64,000 nucleotides of DNA from Vulcanimicrobiota bacterium (GTDB lineage Bacteria; Vulcanimicrobiota; Vulcanimicrobiia; Vulcanimicrobiales; Vulcanimicrobiaceae), in NCBI GenBank assembly GCA_963833095.1, contig CAWHWQ010000001.1:384001-448000 (forward strand). Reading direction: 5' to 3'. Shown piece after piece: positions 39,398 through 50,324 of the stretch. The position numbers were made by a program, and so were the translations under genes. The notes under the pieces are model-generated. The model did no database searches, was not told the origin of the DNA, and was given only the letters and a program-made list of their open reading frames with translations. Each line of letters opens with the position of its first letter. Position 1 is the stretch's first letter.

Positions 39398-41308
39398 ATG
39401 ACCAATACCACCTGCGAGTCGTGCGGCCGGCGACCGTCCACCACGGTTGTCGGACGAAGCGCCCTGTGCAACGCGTGCGCCCAGCGTAAATCTGCCACCA
39501 GCGCGTTGCCCTTTCTCGGTGCAGCGCTCGCTGCAGCCGGGTTGATCGCAGGCGGCGCCATGGTGATCGAAAATCGTGAAGAAATCTCGCGCCGTTTCTC
39601 GATGACGGGCGGCACGCCCACGCTCCAATCATTTTCCCGCGATCTCACCGACCTGGCGCGCGCCGGCAAACTCGATCCGGTCGTCGGCCGCGACGACGAG
39701 ATCGAACGCCTCGTATCGATCCTCGCACGGCGCAGCAAGAACAATCCGGTACTGATCGGAGAGCCCGGCGTCGGCAAGACCGCGATTGTCGAGGGTCTTG
39801 CTCAACGCATCGTGGCCGGCAGCGTGCCTTCCTCTCTTCGCAACAAACGCGTGCTCGCGCTGGCACTGGGTCCACTCGTTGCGGGCACGAAGTACCGCGG
39901 TGAATTCGAAAGCCGCATCAAGCGGATTCTGGATGAGGTCAAGCGCAGCGCGCGTGACGTGATTCTGTTCATCGACGAAATGCATACGCTGGTCGGCGCG
40001 GGCGCTGCGGAGGGGGCACTCGACCTCTCGTCGATGATCAAGCCCGAACTTGCGCGTGGCGATTTACAGTGCATCGGAGCAACGACGTTTGACGAATATC
40101 GCAAATACGTCGAGTCGGATGCGGCGCTCGAGCGGCGCTTCCAACCGGTCATGGTGAACGAACCGACTATCGAGGCGACGATTGCTATCTTGCGCGGTCT
40201 GCGCGCGAAATACGCCGAGCACCATAAAGTGACGATCACCCCCGAGGCAATCGACGCTGCTGCGAATCTCTCGGCTCGCTACATTGCGGATCGCTTCTTA
40301 CCCGACAAAGCGATCGATTTGATGGACGAAGCCGCGGCTAACGTTGCGCTGGCGAACAAGGGCGCCTTCGACCACCCGTCGGTGACCGCCGAACACGTCG
40401 CTGCGGTCGTGACCAAGTGGACCGGGATTCCGCAGCAGACGCTCACGGAGACGCAGGCCAATGCGCTACTCGAACTCGAGGTTACGCTCGCGCGTCGCGT
40501 GATCGGACAAGCGCAAGCGATAGCCAAAGTGTCTGAGGCGATTCGCCGCGCACGCGCGGGATTGCACGATCCGCGTAAGCCCTTGGGTAGCTTTCTTTTC
40601 GCAGGTCCGAGCGGCGTCGGCAAAACCGAGCTCGCCAAAGCCCTCGCAGCCGCACTTTTCGGCACCGAAGACGCGCTCGTGCGCATCGATCTCTCCGAAT
40701 TCACCGAAGCCCACACGGTTTCGCGCCTGCTCGGCGCGCCGCCGGGATATGCCGGTCACGACGAACCGGGGCAATTGACCGAGCCCGTACGGCGCAGGCC
40801 GTATTGCGTGATTCTCTTTGACGAACTCGAGAAAGCGCACCCCGACGTCGCCAACGTGCTCTTGCAAATACTGGACGACGGCCGTGTAACCGATGCCAAA
40901 GGGCGCACGATCGACTTCCGCCACGCGCTCATCGTGCTGACGACCAATCTCGAGGATGACCAGATCGGCGACTACCTGCGGCCCGAATTCTTGAACCGCA
41001 TCGACGATCGCGTACGCTTTAACGAACTGCAACTCCCCGACATCGAAGCGATCGTGGAGATCCACGTCGATGCGCTCGTGCAGCGCATGGGCGCGCGCAA
41101 TTTGCACCTGCGGCTCTCCGACGACGCAAAGGCTTACTTGGCAAGAGTCTCAATGGGCGCGGGAAGCGGCGCACGCTACGTGCAGCGCACGGTCTCGCAC
41201 TACATCTCGACGCCCCTCTCGACGGCGATTTTACGCGGCGAGCTGCGTGAAGGCGGCACCGCCAACGTCACCCTCGCGGGCGACGAACTCGTTGTACGAG
41301 CGGCGTAG
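39398..41308 (+). CDS. Clp/Hsp100 two-AAA ATPase with atypical N-terminus
   Basis: [40 protein letters not shown]-terminal CxxC..CxxC plus hydrophobic helix. Confidence 0.92.
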   Translation: MTNTTCESCGRRPSTTVVGRSALCNACAQRKSATSALPFLGAALAAAGLIAGGAMVIENREEISRRFSMTGGTPTLQSFSRDLTDLARAGKLDPVVGRDDEIERLVSILARRSKNNPVLIGEPGVGKTAIVEGLAQRIVAGSVPSSLRNKRVLALALGPLVAGTKYRGEFESRIKRILDEVKRSARDVILFIDEMHTLVGAGAAEGALDLSSMIKPELARGDLQCIGATTFDEYRKYVESDAALERRFQPVMVNEPTIEATIAILRGLRAKYAEHHKVTITPEAIDAAANLSARYIADRFLPDKAIDLMDEAAANVALANKGAFDHPSVTAEHVAAVVTKWTGIPQQTLTETQANALLELEVTLARRVIGQAQAIAKVSEAIRRARAGLHDPRKPLGSFLFAGPSGVGKTELAKALAAALFGTEDALVRIDLSEFTEAHTVSRLLGAPPGYAGHDEPGQLTEPVRRRPYCVILFDELEKAHPDVANVLLQILDDGRVTDAKGRTIDFRHALIVLTTNLEDDQIGDYLRPEFLNRIDDRVRFNELQLPDIEAIVEIHVDALVQRMGARNLHLRLSDDAKAYLARVSMGAGSGARYVQRTVSHYISTPLSTAILRGELREGGTANVTLAGDELVVRAA

Positions 41309-41312
41309 TCTC

Positions 41313-41567
41313 GCTCTTGTCATCCCGAGCGTGGCAATTGAACGCGAAGCGTTCATAAGCGTAGTCGAGGGAGCGACGAAGCGTTCCGGCTTCGGCGTTC
41401 GGCTGAACGGGTTAGCCGAGCGGCGAGCACCCTGACAATGTAGCTTTGTGCGAGACGCGAGGCGCTTAGTGAGGCCGAACGCCGAAGCCGATGGCGCGTG
41501 GCGCTCCCTCGACTACGCTGCGCTACGCTCGGGATGACAAAAAGGCTACGCTCGGGATGACAAGAGC
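41313..41567. repeat. composite REP/MITE-like palindromic element
   Basis: GCTCTTGTCATCCCGAGCGT ... ACGCTCGGGATGACAAGAGC termini (right arm duplicated), nested conserved core. Confidence 0.85.
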
Positions 41568-41572
41568 CGAGG

Positions 41573-42061
41573 CTACAGAATCGACTTGATGTCGGCGGTG
41601 AGCTGCGCGCTCGAGAGCTGGCCGACTTCGATTCGACGAATGACCCCAGCTTTGTCGATGAAGACGCCGACCGGCATGCCATTGATCGAATACAGATCGC
41701 TCAGCGTGCCCGAATCAACCACCGCGGGGTACGTGAGCTGGTGCTGTTCGACGAACTGCTTGGCCTTTTGCGCATTCTCTTCCACGTCAACGCCGATCAC
41801 TTGCAGGCCCTGTGATGCGTACGCCTTATAGGCTGCGTTGACTTCGGGGGCTTCGTCGTTACACGGAGGGCACCAGGTCGCAAAGAAATCCATAAAGACC
41901 GGCTTCCCGCGTAGCTGCGCCATCGTCAACGAACCCCCGCTGACCAATGGGTCCTTCCAGTCGGGCGCCGACTCGCCGATGCGCGCCGTTGCTCCCACAC
42001 CGTGGCCGTTGCAGCCTGCGAGCAGCAAAGCTGCCGCGGCAATCATCAATCGTCTAACCAT
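41573..42061 (-). CDS. TlpA/ResA thiol-disulfide oxidoreductase lipoprotein
   Basis: LAGC lipobox, ATWCPPC. Confidence 0.9.
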   Translation of the reverse strand: MVRRLMIAAAALLLAGCNGHGVGATARIGESAPDWKDPLVSGGSLTMAQLRGKPVFMDFFATWCPPCNDEAPEVNAAYKAYASQGLQVIGVDVEENAQKAKQFVEQHQLTYPAVVDSGTLSDLYSINGMPVGVFIDKAGVIRRIEVGQLSSAQLTADIKSIL

Positions 42062-42962
42062 AACTAGGATACGCCACCGCCTCCAAATCGGTTTTCATTT
42101 GCACGATCAATTCGTCGACCGACGCGAAGAGCCGCTGTTCGCGCAGGTACCGCAGGTCCCGCACCGCCAGCTCGTGACCATAGATTGTGCCGTTGAAGTC
42201 GCGAAGCCACGCTTCGATCGTCCGGCGCTTTCCTTCGAACTGCGGGTTGGTGCCGATCGAAACCAGTGCTGCATGATCGCGCCCGTCATAACGCGCGACT
42301 GCGGCATAGACGCCGTCTTTCGGTAGGAGCTTCTCCGGCACGGCGATATTCGCGGTCGGAAAGTCCAAGTCGTGCCCACGCCCGAAACCCACTTCAACGA
42401 CGCCCCGCAGTTCGTAACTGTGACCCAGCAAGTAGTCGGCCAATTCCACATTGCCGTCGGCAAGAAGGGTGCGGATGCGCGTGCTGGAGATACGCTCGCC
42501 CTCGTGTGTGATGTTCTCGAGCCCGACGAACGGCAGACCGCGGTCAGCGAAGTACGCCGCCATCGTTGCCGCATCGCCCGCTCGCTTATGGCCGAAGCGA
42601 AACGTCGCCCCAACCGCCACGCCCTGCACGCTCATCGCCGTAAGGCGGCCAAGGAACTCTTGCGGCGTCAGTTTCGAGACCTGCTCGTCGAACTTGATCA
42701 GGAAGCACTCCTCGAAGCCCGCCTGCGCGAACAAATCGATGCGCTCGGCGGTCGTTGTGATCATCGGCGGCTGCGTACCGGGCCGCAAGAACTCGGCCGG
42801 ATGATTAGCGAACGTCAACACCCCAACCCGGTAACCGGGCTTGCGCATCCGGCGCGCCGCTTTCGCGATCTCCATGTGCCCGCGATGCATGCCGTCAAAG
42901 AAACCAATAGCTAATACTAAAGGTCTGTCATTCTCCCTAAAAAGCTCATGGTAAATCTTCAT
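42054..42962 (-). CDS. ribF: riboflavin kinase/FAD synthetase
   Basis: GFFDGMHRGH, ISSTRIR, FPTAN, LREQRLF. Confidence 0.94.
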   Translation of the reverse strand: MKIYHELFRENDRPLVLAIGFFDGMHRGHMEIAKAARRMRKPGYRVGVLTFANHPAEFLRPGTQPPMITTTAERIDLFAQAGFEECFLIKFDEQVSKLTPQEFLGRLTAMSVQGVAVGATFRFGHKRAGDAATMAAYFADRGLPFVGLENITHEGERISSTRIRTLLADGNVELADYLLGHSYELRGVVEVGFGRGHDLDFPTANIAVPEKLLPKDGVYAAVARYDGRDHAALVSIGTNPQFEGKRRTIEAWLRDFNGTIYGHELAVRDLRYLREQRLFASVDELIVQMKTDLEAVAYPSYG

Positions 42963-43081
42963 TTTGAACGGCGCTCCGCCCGAGGCTCCGCGCCCCCCGC
43001 TTCGCGGGGCCCCCAAACCAGGGGGTGCGTTTCACCTGATTGGAAAGAAAAAGACTCCCCTAGGGCACCCCCATTTAACAT

Positions 43082-43960
43082 CTAGACGAACACTTTCCGT
43101 GGCGCCAACAACGCGCCATGCGCCTCGCCGACACCGACCAGCGTGCGCGACTGATCGCGCACGAAGACGCGCGAGGCGGGGGCGCCCTCGGGCAACGGTA
43201 CCGCGCGGCCGGCGCGAAAGTCCGCGGAACCGCGCAGGTCCAGCACGATCGTCGGGAACGGAATGATGTGTTCGGGCGGCGTGACGCTGCCTTGGGGATC
43301 CTCGGCAATCTCATCCAGCGTGCGGGATTCGTAGAGCACGAACGGCCCAGACGCCTCACGCACGAGCGCGCCCATGTGCGCCGGCACGCCCAGCGCGGCA
43401 CCGAGATCCTCGCAGAGCGTGCGCACGTACGTGCCTTCACTGCATGCGACGCGAATGCGCGCCTTGTTCGGTGCTTGGGTTCCGAGCAGCGAAAGCCCAT
43501 AGATCGTCACGCTGCGCGCCTTGCGCTCGATCGTCTTTCCCTCGCGGGCAAGCTCGTACAGGCGCTTGCCCTCATGATGCAGCGCCGAAAACATCGGCGG
43601 CACTTGCGACAGTTTGCCGATGAACTGCGGCAACGCTTCTTCGAGTTTGCGCTCCCAATTCGGTGGCAATGCGCCCTGCGCAACCGTCTCCCCGAGCGCA
43701 TCTTGTGTCGTTGTCGAACGGCCCAGCACCACGAGCGCGGTATAGGCTTTGCGTTGGTCTTCGAGCAGAGGGATCAGGCGCGTTGCTTTGCCGATCGCAA
43801 CCGGAAGAACGCCGGCTGCTTGCGGGTCGAGCGTGCCGAGATGGCCTGCGGCGATTTTGCGGTCACGGCCGTAGACGCCGTAGATTCGCTTGACCCGGGC
43901 GACGATCTGCGCCGAGGTATAGCCTGCGGGTTTGAAAACGTTGACGAACCCAATTACCAC
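43082..43960 (-). CDS. truB: tRNA pseudouridine-55 synthase
   Basis: GHLGTLDP, VPPMFSA, GTYVRTL. Confidence 0.95.
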   Translation of the reverse strand: MVIGFVNVFKPAGYTSAQIVARVKRIYGVYGRDRKIAAGHLGTLDPQAAGVLPVAIGKATRLIPLLEDQRKAYTALVVLGRSTTTQDALGETVAQGALPPNWERKLEEALPQFIGKLSQVPPMFSALHHEGKRLYELAREGKTIERKARSVTIYGLSLLGTQAPNKARIRVACSEGTYVRTLCEDLGAALGVPAHMGALVREASGPFVLYESRTLDEIAEDPQGSVTPPEHIIPFPTIVLDLRGSADFRAGRAVPLPEGAPASRVFVRDQSRTLVGVGEAHGALLAPRKVFV

Positions 43961-44011
43961 GATGCGTTAGATGCGTTGGCGGCGTGAGCGGGCAAAGCGC
44001 GCCACGCGAAA

Positions 44012-44992
44012 TTAAAGTCCTTCGGCCGAGAGCGCCGCATCGACGGCGGCGAAAGCCTCGCCAAGCGACCCGTGCAACGTCAAGCCCGAAGCGCGGAAAT
44101 GCCCGCCGCCGCCCAGACGCGCGGCCGCCGCTTGCACGCTCACGCGCCCACTCGAGCGAAGGCTCACGCGAATCTCGCCGTCGTAGGCTTTGAAGAGCGC
44201 CGCGACGTCGACGCCTTCTTGCCCGCGAAGCACATTAACCATGTCCTCGGTGTCTTCGCCGTCGGCGCCGGTTAGCTTGAGCATCTCGTCGTCAACATGC
44301 GAAAAGCAGTATTTTCCGTCATGCGCAAACTGCATTTCGTCGATAACCCGGCCGAGTAATCGCGTTGCTGCGACACGCTTGTTTCCGAAGATCTCCTCGG
44401 TAATCTGCTCTTTGTCGGCACCCGCGCGCATCAGCTCGGCCGCAAGCTCGAGCGTTTCGGAGGTCGTGTTGGAATGCATGAAGCCGCCGGTGTCGGTCAT
44501 GATCGTGGTAAGAATGCAGGTCGCGATCTTCGGGTCGATATGCGCGTTCATCTCGCGGAAGAGGCGCATCACCGCTGTACCGGTCGAAGTCTCGGTCGGA
44601 ATCACAAAATTGAGCGCGCCGAAATGCGAATTCCCCAGGTGGTGATCGATATCGAGCATGTTGGCGCGATCGACCTTGGGCAAAAATTCGCCCGCCCGCG
44701 CGTGGTCACTCATATCGCCGAAAACATACAGCGTATCCGGAGGAAAATCGGCGGGAATCTCGCGCGAGACGAACTCCGCGTCGGGGAGAAACCGCAGGTT
44801 GCGCGGCACCGGATCCTGATTGAAGTACGCGACCCGTTTGCCCAGACGCTTGAGCGCGATGCCGAGCGCAAGTCCCGCCCCCAGCGTATCGCCGTCGGGT
44901 TTGACGTGGCTCACCATCACAAAAGCGGGCCGCCGCCGCAATTCGGCAACGACCTCAGCTTCAGTCGAAGAACGCAGCTCGTTCTCGATCAT
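44012..44992 (-). CDS. nrnA: DHH-family phosphoesterase (NrnA)
   Basis: HVKPDGD, DHH, TDTG, GGGH. Confidence 0.9.
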   Translation of the reverse strand: MIENELRSSTEAEVVAELRRRPAFVMVSHVKPDGDTLGAGLALGIALKRLGKRVAYFNQDPVPRNLRFLPDAEFVSREIPADFPPDTLYVFGDMSDHARAGEFLPKVDRANMLDIDHHLGNSHFGALNFVIPTETSTGTAVMRLFREMNAHIDPKIATCILTTIMTDTGGFMHSNTTSETLELAAELMRAGADKEQITEEIFGNKRVAATRLLGRVIDEMQFAHDGKYCFSHVDDEMLKLTGADGEDTEDMVNVLRGQEGVDVAALFKAYDGEIRVSLRSSGRVSVQAAAARLGGGGHFRASGLTLHGSLGEAFAAVDAALSAEGL

Positions 44993-45360
44993 TCAGTCAC
45001 CTCATCGGCAGCGCTTTGACGCGCGGCATCTTCGCGCAAGGTCTTTGCCAGCGCGATCGCGCGCTCGGTCGAACGATCCTCCACAAAGATCAACTGCGGC
45101 GTGTGCCGCAAATCGATCTTGTGCCCAAGTTCTCCGCGCAAAAAGCGCGATGCGGACTCCAGCGCCTCGAGGGACTGACGCGCCTGATGGCGATCGCCGA
45201 TGATCGAGACGAAGACCTTGCAGTGCTGGAGGTCGTCGGTCACTTCGACGTGCGTCACGGTCACGAAGCCCAGGCGCGGGTCCTTCAGCTCTTGGGTAAT
45301 CACCGTGCCGAGGATACGCTGGATTTCGTGGTCGATGCGCGCGAGTCTTTGGCTCTTCAC
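44989..45360 (-). CDS. rbfA: ribosome-binding factor A
   Basis: LKDPRL, LRHTPQL; follows infB. Confidence 0.95.
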   Translation of the reverse strand: MKSQRLARIDHEIQRILGTVITQELKDPRLGFVTVTHVEVTDDLQHCKVFVSIIGDRHQARQSLEALESASRFLRGELGHKIDLRHTPQLIFVEDRSTERAIALAKTLREDAARQSAADEVTE

Positions 45361-48098
45361 GCCGTGACGAGCTCCGCCGCCACCTGCTCCGTGACGTAGG
45401 CTTCAATCACGTCGCCGACTTTGAGATCCTGGAACTTGGCAACCTGGATGCCGCACTCGAAGCCTTCCGCGACTTCGCGCACGTCGTCCTTGAAGCGCCG
45501 TAGGCTCTCGAGTTCGCCGGTGAAAACCACCGCCGAGTCGCGCACCACGCGCACCTTGGCGCCGCGCGTGATCTTGCCGTCTTTGACGTAGCAACCAACG
45601 ATGGTTCCGACCTTGCTGACCTTGAAGACTTCGCGCACTTCGGCATGGCCGAGCGTGACTTCACGCTCCACCGGCGAGAGCATACCCGTCATCGCCTTGC
45701 GCAGATCGTCTTCGATCTCGTAGATGACCTGATAGAACCGCAAATCAACGCCTTCGTTGTCGGCCAAACGTTTCGCCGTTTCGTCCGGTCGAATGTTGAA
45801 GCCGATCAGCACTGCGCCCGACGCGCTTGCGAGGTTGACGTCGTTGGGCGAGATCGCGCCGACGCCGCCGTGAATGACGCGCACGTCGACTTCTTCGGTC
45901 GAGAGCGACTCCATTCGCGAGCGCAGCGCTTCGAGCGAGCCCTGCCCGTCGGCCTTGATGATCAGATTGAGCGTCTTCTTGCCCTCGGCCGGCATCTGCA
46001 TGAAGGTCTCGAGTGAGACGCGTTGCGATCCCGAGCCTGCGATGCGAACATCGCGGCGGCGGACCGCACGCTTCTCGGCGGTTTCACGCGCGACGCGTTC
46101 GTCGCTAACAACCATCAACGTGTCGCCCGCGGCGGGAACGTCTTGCAGACCCATTACCTCGACTGGAATCGAGGGTCCGGCCTTCTTGACTTGTTTGCCC
46201 TTGTCATCGATCAGCGCGCGCACCTTACCAAACGTGCCGCCGACGACGACGATGTCGCCGACGCGCAGCGTACCGTTTTGCACCAGCACGGTTGCGACGG
46301 CGCCGCGTCCGCGCGAAAGCTGCGATTCGATCACGACACCGGTTGCCCGGCGATTTCTGTTAGCTTTGAGTTCTTTGATGTCGGCTTCGAGCAGGACGGT
46401 ATCGAGCAGCGCATCGATGCCGGTGCCGGCCTTGGCCGAGACCGGAACCATTTCGATCGTGCCGCCCCAATCGACCGGCTGCAATCCCTCTTCGGAAAGC
46501 TGCTGTTTCACGCGATCGGGCTGCGCATCGGCCTTGTCCATCTTGTTGACGGCGACCACGATTGGAACGCCCGCGGCCCTGACGTGCGCGATGGCTTCTT
46601 TAGTTTGCGGCATGACGCCGTCGTCAGCCGCGACCACTAGGATCGCGACGTCGGTGACCTTGGCGCCGCGCGCGCGCATCGCGGTGAACGCTTCGTGACC
46701 CGGCGTATCGATGAACGTGATCTTGCGGTCGTTTCGCTCGACCGTATACGCGCCGATTTTTTGCGTGATACCGCCGGCTTCGCCGCCGGCAACGTTGGCG
46801 CTGCGAATTCTATCAAGCAGCGACGTCTTGCCGTGATCGACGTGACCGAGCACGGTGACGACCGGCGGTCGCGCGGTCATCATTTCGGGTTTGTCTTCTT
46901 CTTGCTCGACGGTGACTTCTTCGCCGGCCTCTTTGACGACCGCGTTGAAGCCGAACTTCTTTGCTACCGAGATCGCAACGTCGCTTGGAATGTTTTGATT
47001 GATGGTCGCCATCGTGCCCATCTTGATCAATTCGGTGATGACGTCTTTGATCGGAACGATCATCGATGTCGCCAGTTCTTGAACCGTGAGCAAGTCAGGA
47101 ATTTCGATCGTCTCGAGCGCGCGCGCCGGCGTCGGGGGCGAAGCGTCTACGCCACCCTTCTTCTTACGCTGACGCTCTTTTTCGAGCAGCAGTTCCTTCT
47201 CGCGGTCCTTTTTCGCGGCGGCCTTGTCTTCGTGGCTACGGGAACGATCGCCGGGACGGCCACCGGCCGAGGGCGCGGGAGCATCGTTGGGGTTCGCCGG
47301 TACGCCCGGACGCGGCCCTACTGGGCGCGCCCCGGGGGCGAGCGGACGGAAGGGACCGTTGCCCGCGGGCCGGCGCTGTCCGGGCGGGTTGAGCGGGCCG
47401 TTGCCGCGTGGAGCCGGAGCGACGGGACCTTTGCCGCCTTGCCCGGGCAGCGCCTGGCCGGGTCTTGGCGCAACACCGGGACGGCCCGGCACACCGGTCG
47501 AGGGGCCAGGCGAGGCCGAAGCCGAGGTGGTCGGCGGCGGCGGACGACGGACGATCGAGTCCTGCCCGTGCGGGACCGGTTGTAAACGCGGGATCGGCAC
47601 CTCGGGCGCGCTCGGTCGTGGTGGACGCGGCGCGGCGACAGGAGGCGGCGTCGGCTCGGGTGCGGCGGCAGCCGGTGCGGGCACTTCGAGGACTGGTGCG
47701 TCGGGCACTTCGACGATCGCGGCGGCCGCCGGTTTGGCGACAGGCGCCTTGGGCACACGAGGGGTCGAGCTTGGGGAGACCGGGCGTAACCGTGGAACAG
47801 GTGCTTCCTCAGCAGGCGGCGCCGCGGGCGGGGCAGCTTTCGGAGCAGCGGCTTTACGAGCAGGGGCGGACGGCGCATCGGCGGGGGCAGCCGGCGCGGC
47901 CTTGGCTGCGGGTGCCGGCTTGAGCACGCTGCGAACCAGATCCGCGATGTTCTCGGGGACGACGCTGAGCTGATTCTTGGCTTCGAAAACGCCGCCAAGA
48001 CGCTCGTTGAAGAGCGCGATTAACTCTTTGGATGTGAGCCCTACCTCTTTGGCGAGCTCAAAAATGCGTACTTTACTGCCGGTCGTTGCTGCTGCCAA
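45357..48098 (-). CDS. infB: translation initiation factor IF-2
   Basis: RIFELAKE, GHVDHGKT, DTPGH, NKMD; TTG start assumed. Confidence 0.97.
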   Translation of the reverse strand: MAAATTGSKVRIFELAKEVGLTSKELIALFNERLGGVFEAKNQLSVVPENIADLVRSVLKPAPAAKAAPAAPADAPSAPARKAAAPKAAPPAAPPAEEAPVPRLRPVSPSSTPRVPKAPVAKPAAAAIVEVPDAPVLEVPAPAAAAPEPTPPPVAAPRPPRPSAPEVPIPRLQPVPHGQDSIVRRPPPPTTSASASPGPSTGVPGRPGVAPRPGQALPGQGGKGPVAPAPRGNGPLNPPGQRRPAGNGPFRPLAPGARPVGPRPGVPANPNDAPAPSAGGRPGDRSRSHEDKAAAKKDREKELLLEKERQRKKKGGVDASPPTPARALETIEIPDLLTVQELATSMIVPIKDVITELIKMGTMATINQNIPSDVAISVAKKFGFNAVVKEAGEEVTVEQEEDKPEMMTARPPVVTVLGHVDHGKTSLLDRIRSANVAGGEAGGITQKIGAYTVERNDRKITFIDTPGHEAFTAMRARGAKVTDVAILVVAADDGVMPQTKEAIAHVRAAGVPIVVAVNKMDKADAQPDRVKQQLSEEGLQPVDWGGTIEMVPVSAKAGTGIDALLDTVLLEADIKELKANRNRRATGVVIESQLSRGRGAVATVLVQNGTLRVGDIVVVGGTFGKVRALIDDKGKQVKKAGPSIPVEVMGLQDVPAAGDTLMVVSDERVARETAEKRAVRRRDVRIAGSGSQRVSLETFMQMPAEGKKTLNLIIKADGQGSLEALRSRMESLSTEEVDVRVIHGGVGAISPNDVNLASASGAVLIGFNIRPDETAKRLADNEGVDLRFYQVIYEIEDDLRKAMTGMLSPVEREVTLGHAEVREVFKVSKVGTIVGCYVKDGKITRGAKVRVVRDSAVVFTGELESLRRFKDDVREVAEGFECGIQVAKFQDLKVGDVIEAYVTEQVAAELVTA

Positions 48099-48238
48099 GT
48101 ATCCCCACGTGGTCCCCACACGCGGGGCACCACAGCGTTAAGTCACCAAGAAGAGGGTTCGGCCGGCTTCGCCGGTCGCGCGTCCTGCGCTCCGAACCTT
48201 CAGCCGCATCGTGCGGCTATCCGTGATCATTGTTCAGA

Positions 48239-48501
48239 TCATTCATTACGTTTTTCAGCGTCCATCGAACTACTTATTAAACCATATTCGGCCGCCGCGG
48301 ATGCAAGACCCGGGTAACGCCTGTTCTTTACCGCCCGCTGCGCGCAAACCGGCGAACACAGGTAGACGCCACGCCCCGGTTGCCGCTTCCCGACCCGGAG
48401 GGTCCGGCTGCCAGCCGTCGGTACGCCGGACGAACCGCGTCAACGCCGCCTGCGGCTTGAGCTTGCCGGCAGCCGACGCACGTGCGAACCGGGACGGACA
48501 T
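48239..48501 (-). CDS. ylxR: YlxR/DUF448 protein (frameshifted)
   Basis: PVRTCVGCR...LTRFV...GRGVYLC; lies between nusA and infB. Confidence 0.82.
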
Positions 48502-48504
48502 GCG

Positions 48505-49724
48505 CTACTCGCCAAGCCGCTCGCGGCGGAACTCTTCGAGCTTGCGGATGAGCTCGGCATCGACGGATGCAGCACCGCCACTCCGCGGCCCGACTTCGGC
48601 CTCCTCGGCGGCCTCGGCAGCTGGCGCCTCTTCGCCGCGGTGCGCTTCGGCGCGCTCGGCCAGGTAGCGCTCCCGCGCTTCCTCGGCTTCGGTCTCGCTT
48701 GTGATGTCGAGGCGCCAGCCGGTCAGCCGCGCGGCCAGACGCACGTTCTGTCCGTCGCGTCCGATCGCGAGCGAGAGTTGATAATCGGGCACGACGACCA
48801 GCGCGACGCCGTCGTCCTCGAAGAGTTCGACCCTGATCACCTTGGCCGGCGCGAGCGCGTTCATGATGAACGTCGCGGATCGGCGTCCCAGCGAATGATG
48901 TCGATTTTCTCGCCGCGCAAGTTATCGGTGACGTTAGCGATGCGGCTCGACTTCGGGCCCGAGGCACGCGCCGATCGGATCGACTTCGGCGCGATGCGTG
49001 CGCACGGCGACCTTGGAACGGCTGCCGGCTTCGCGCGCGATCGCCATGATCTCGACGATGCCGTCGGCGATCTCCGGAACTTCCAGCTCGAGCAAACGCT
49101 GCACGAGTCCCTCGGCCGCGCGCGACAGAATGACCTGCGGACCCTTGGGCGATTTGCGAACGTCGAGCACGTACGCGCGCATGAAATCGTTGATGCGGAA
49201 CGACTCGCCCGGAACTTGCTCGGAGAGCGGCAGAATCGCTTCGTCGCGACCTTCGAGCATCACGAACATGTTGCGCTGTTCGTAACGCTGAACGGTGCCG
49301 GTTACCAGATCGTTGAGCTTGCGCGCATATTTGTTGAAGACCGTATCGCGCTCGGCCTCGCGGATGCGCTGCACGATCACTTGCTTCGCCGTCTGCGCGG
49401 CGATGCGGCCGAAGTCTTTGGGCGTGACTTCTTCATCGAAGAAATCGCCGGCCTGATACGGCTCGCCGGCCTCTTTCATGGAGATCTCGAGTTTGGGATC
49501 TTCGACCGTTTCGACGACGTACGCGGCGATGGAAGACCTTGATACTCGCCGGTCTGCCGGTCGACGATCACGATCGCGTTGGCTTCGCTGCCGAAATGCC
49601 GCTTGTATGCGGTCAGCAATGCCGCCTCGAGCGCCTCGAGCAGCATCTCGAACGGAATGTTGCGTTCCTTCGCAATGAACTGGAGGACGTCGATAAGTTT
49701 TTCGTCAGCTGCCGATTCTGCCAT
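48505..49724 (-). CDS. nusA: transcription factor NusA (frameshifted)
   Basis: [34 protein letters not shown]. Confidence 0.93.
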
Positions 49725-50215
49725 GTGCTTTCCGTTCGCGTTTGTGGCGTTGAAGATCGGCGCGTGGATCGTATTCGAGATTTGCCGATTTGATGGTGGC
49801 GACCGGAAGCGGCAGTTCGCCATTCTCGGTCTCGAGAATCACCGTTTCGCCGCGCAGCCCGCGAGCGTGCCGCGATGCGTTTTGTTGCCGTTGATTTGGA
49901 GCGAGGTCACGATCCGCGCGCGCTTGCCGGCAAAGCGCTCGTAATCGTTCGGCCGGATCAACGGCCGTTCGAGTCCCGCCGACTCGACTTCGAGCGAGTA
50001 CGGCAGGTCGATCGCCTCGAGCGCGTGATTGATGCGCGCTGCGATGCGTTCGCAGGTGGCCAGATCGACGCCGCCATCCTTATCGATGGTGACGGTCAGC
50101 GAGGTCATGCTGCGACGCGATTGCGCCGCATGTGTGACGATCTCGACACCCGACGATCCCCGTCGTGCGCGATCGCGTCGATCTCACGCTCAAAAAGGTC
50201 CGTAAGTTCCGACAC
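49706..50215 (-). CDS. rimP: ribosome maturation factor RimP (frameshifted; ends approximate)
   Basis: IDKDGGVD..C, YSLEVESAGLERPL. Confidence 0.9.
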
Positions 50216-50231
50216 CGTCTAGAGGCCTCCC

Positions 50232-50261
50232 AACAAAGAAGCGCGGGACCTGCCCACGCTT
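50232..50261 (-). promoter_or_regulatory. rimP-leader-like hairpin
   Basis: AAGCGTGGG-CAGGT-CCCGCGCTT then CTTTGTT, just upstream of the rimP SD. Confidence 0.7.
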
Positions 50262-50281
50262 ACTCGATCAAACCGGCTTCC

Positions 50282-50311
50282 ATAGTACCTTAAAATGACG
50301 ACGGGCCGCAA
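50282..50311 (-). promoter_or_regulatory. putative rimP operon promoter
   Basis: TTGCGG-18 nt-TACTAT. Confidence 0.5.
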
Positions 50312-50324
50312 GCCCACGTGGCTT

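Noticed and set aside
41422..41482. Hammerhead ribozyme in the repeat core (CTGA...TGAGGCCGAA)
   Set aside because: Lacks a correctly arranged CUGANGA and GAAA core
48239..50215. Split nusA, rimP and ylxR
   Set aside because: nusA is generally essential; clustered indels indicate sequencing error rather than biology
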